Assembly (NCBI GenBank): GCA_963666975.2
Contig: CAXVYR010000004.1
Location: forward strand, 672,001-736,000
DNA: 64,000 nucleotides
DNA from: Terriglobia bacterium
Lineage (GTDB): Bacteria; Acidobacteriota; Terriglobia; 2-12-FULL-54-10
Reading direction: 5' to 3'
The translations under genes and the position numbers were made by a program. Positions 63,802 to 64,000 of this stretch are shown here, one piece after another (position 1 is the stretch's first letter; every line of letters begins with the position of its first letter). Under the pieces are notes generated by a model. That model saw nothing but the letters and a program-made list of their open reading frames with translations, was not told where the DNA came from and ran no database searches.

Positions 63802-64000
63802 TGTGCCCCGTCAGGGCTTGTTGGACAGGTAGAGGGTAATAGTTAAGGTGATGTTTTTGGCTCATCGTAGAGACTGAAAGGAACGAAGATGAGACAAAAA
63901 CAAGACGACAGGGGGGCGGTCGAGAAGGCCGTCCGGGAGATCAAACGCAGGACGCGGCGCAGGTTCAGCCCGGAAGACAAAATCCGCATTGTATTGCAGG
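63802..64000 (+). mobile_element. IS3-family left end and transposase start (ATG 63889), cut by the window edge
   Basis: TGTGCCCCG end; VREIKRRTRRRFSPEDKIRIVL. Confidence 0.85.

Overview
GC-rich accessory region, most likely from an Acidobacteriota genome (inferred from NHL/TIGR03437-type surface proteins, Oar-like TonB receptors and a Ser/Thr kinase-TPR gene). It holds two apparently identical IS256 copies with 8-bp target duplications, an IS1380, an rve-type transposase and IS3/IS110 relics. A 27.8-38.3 kb island carries AbiE, PIN/RHH, HigBA and AF2212-type toxin-antitoxin genes around an annealase/SSB/Cas4-like nuclease/HNH operon. There are also out-of-operon rpsA and rpoD homologues, a dus gene, sodC, several broken genes and a tRNA-Ser 3' remnant. 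The most unusual signal is non-coding. Unrelated genes start with the same promoter and the first codons of an acidobacterial kinase gene. Orphan copies of a kinase-family 3' end (NWFEELK) follow several genes. A dispersed, hairpin-rich repeat family lies at these junctions. Together these suggest a cassette-shuffling architecture. All calls come from reading the sequence by eye; no database search was run.
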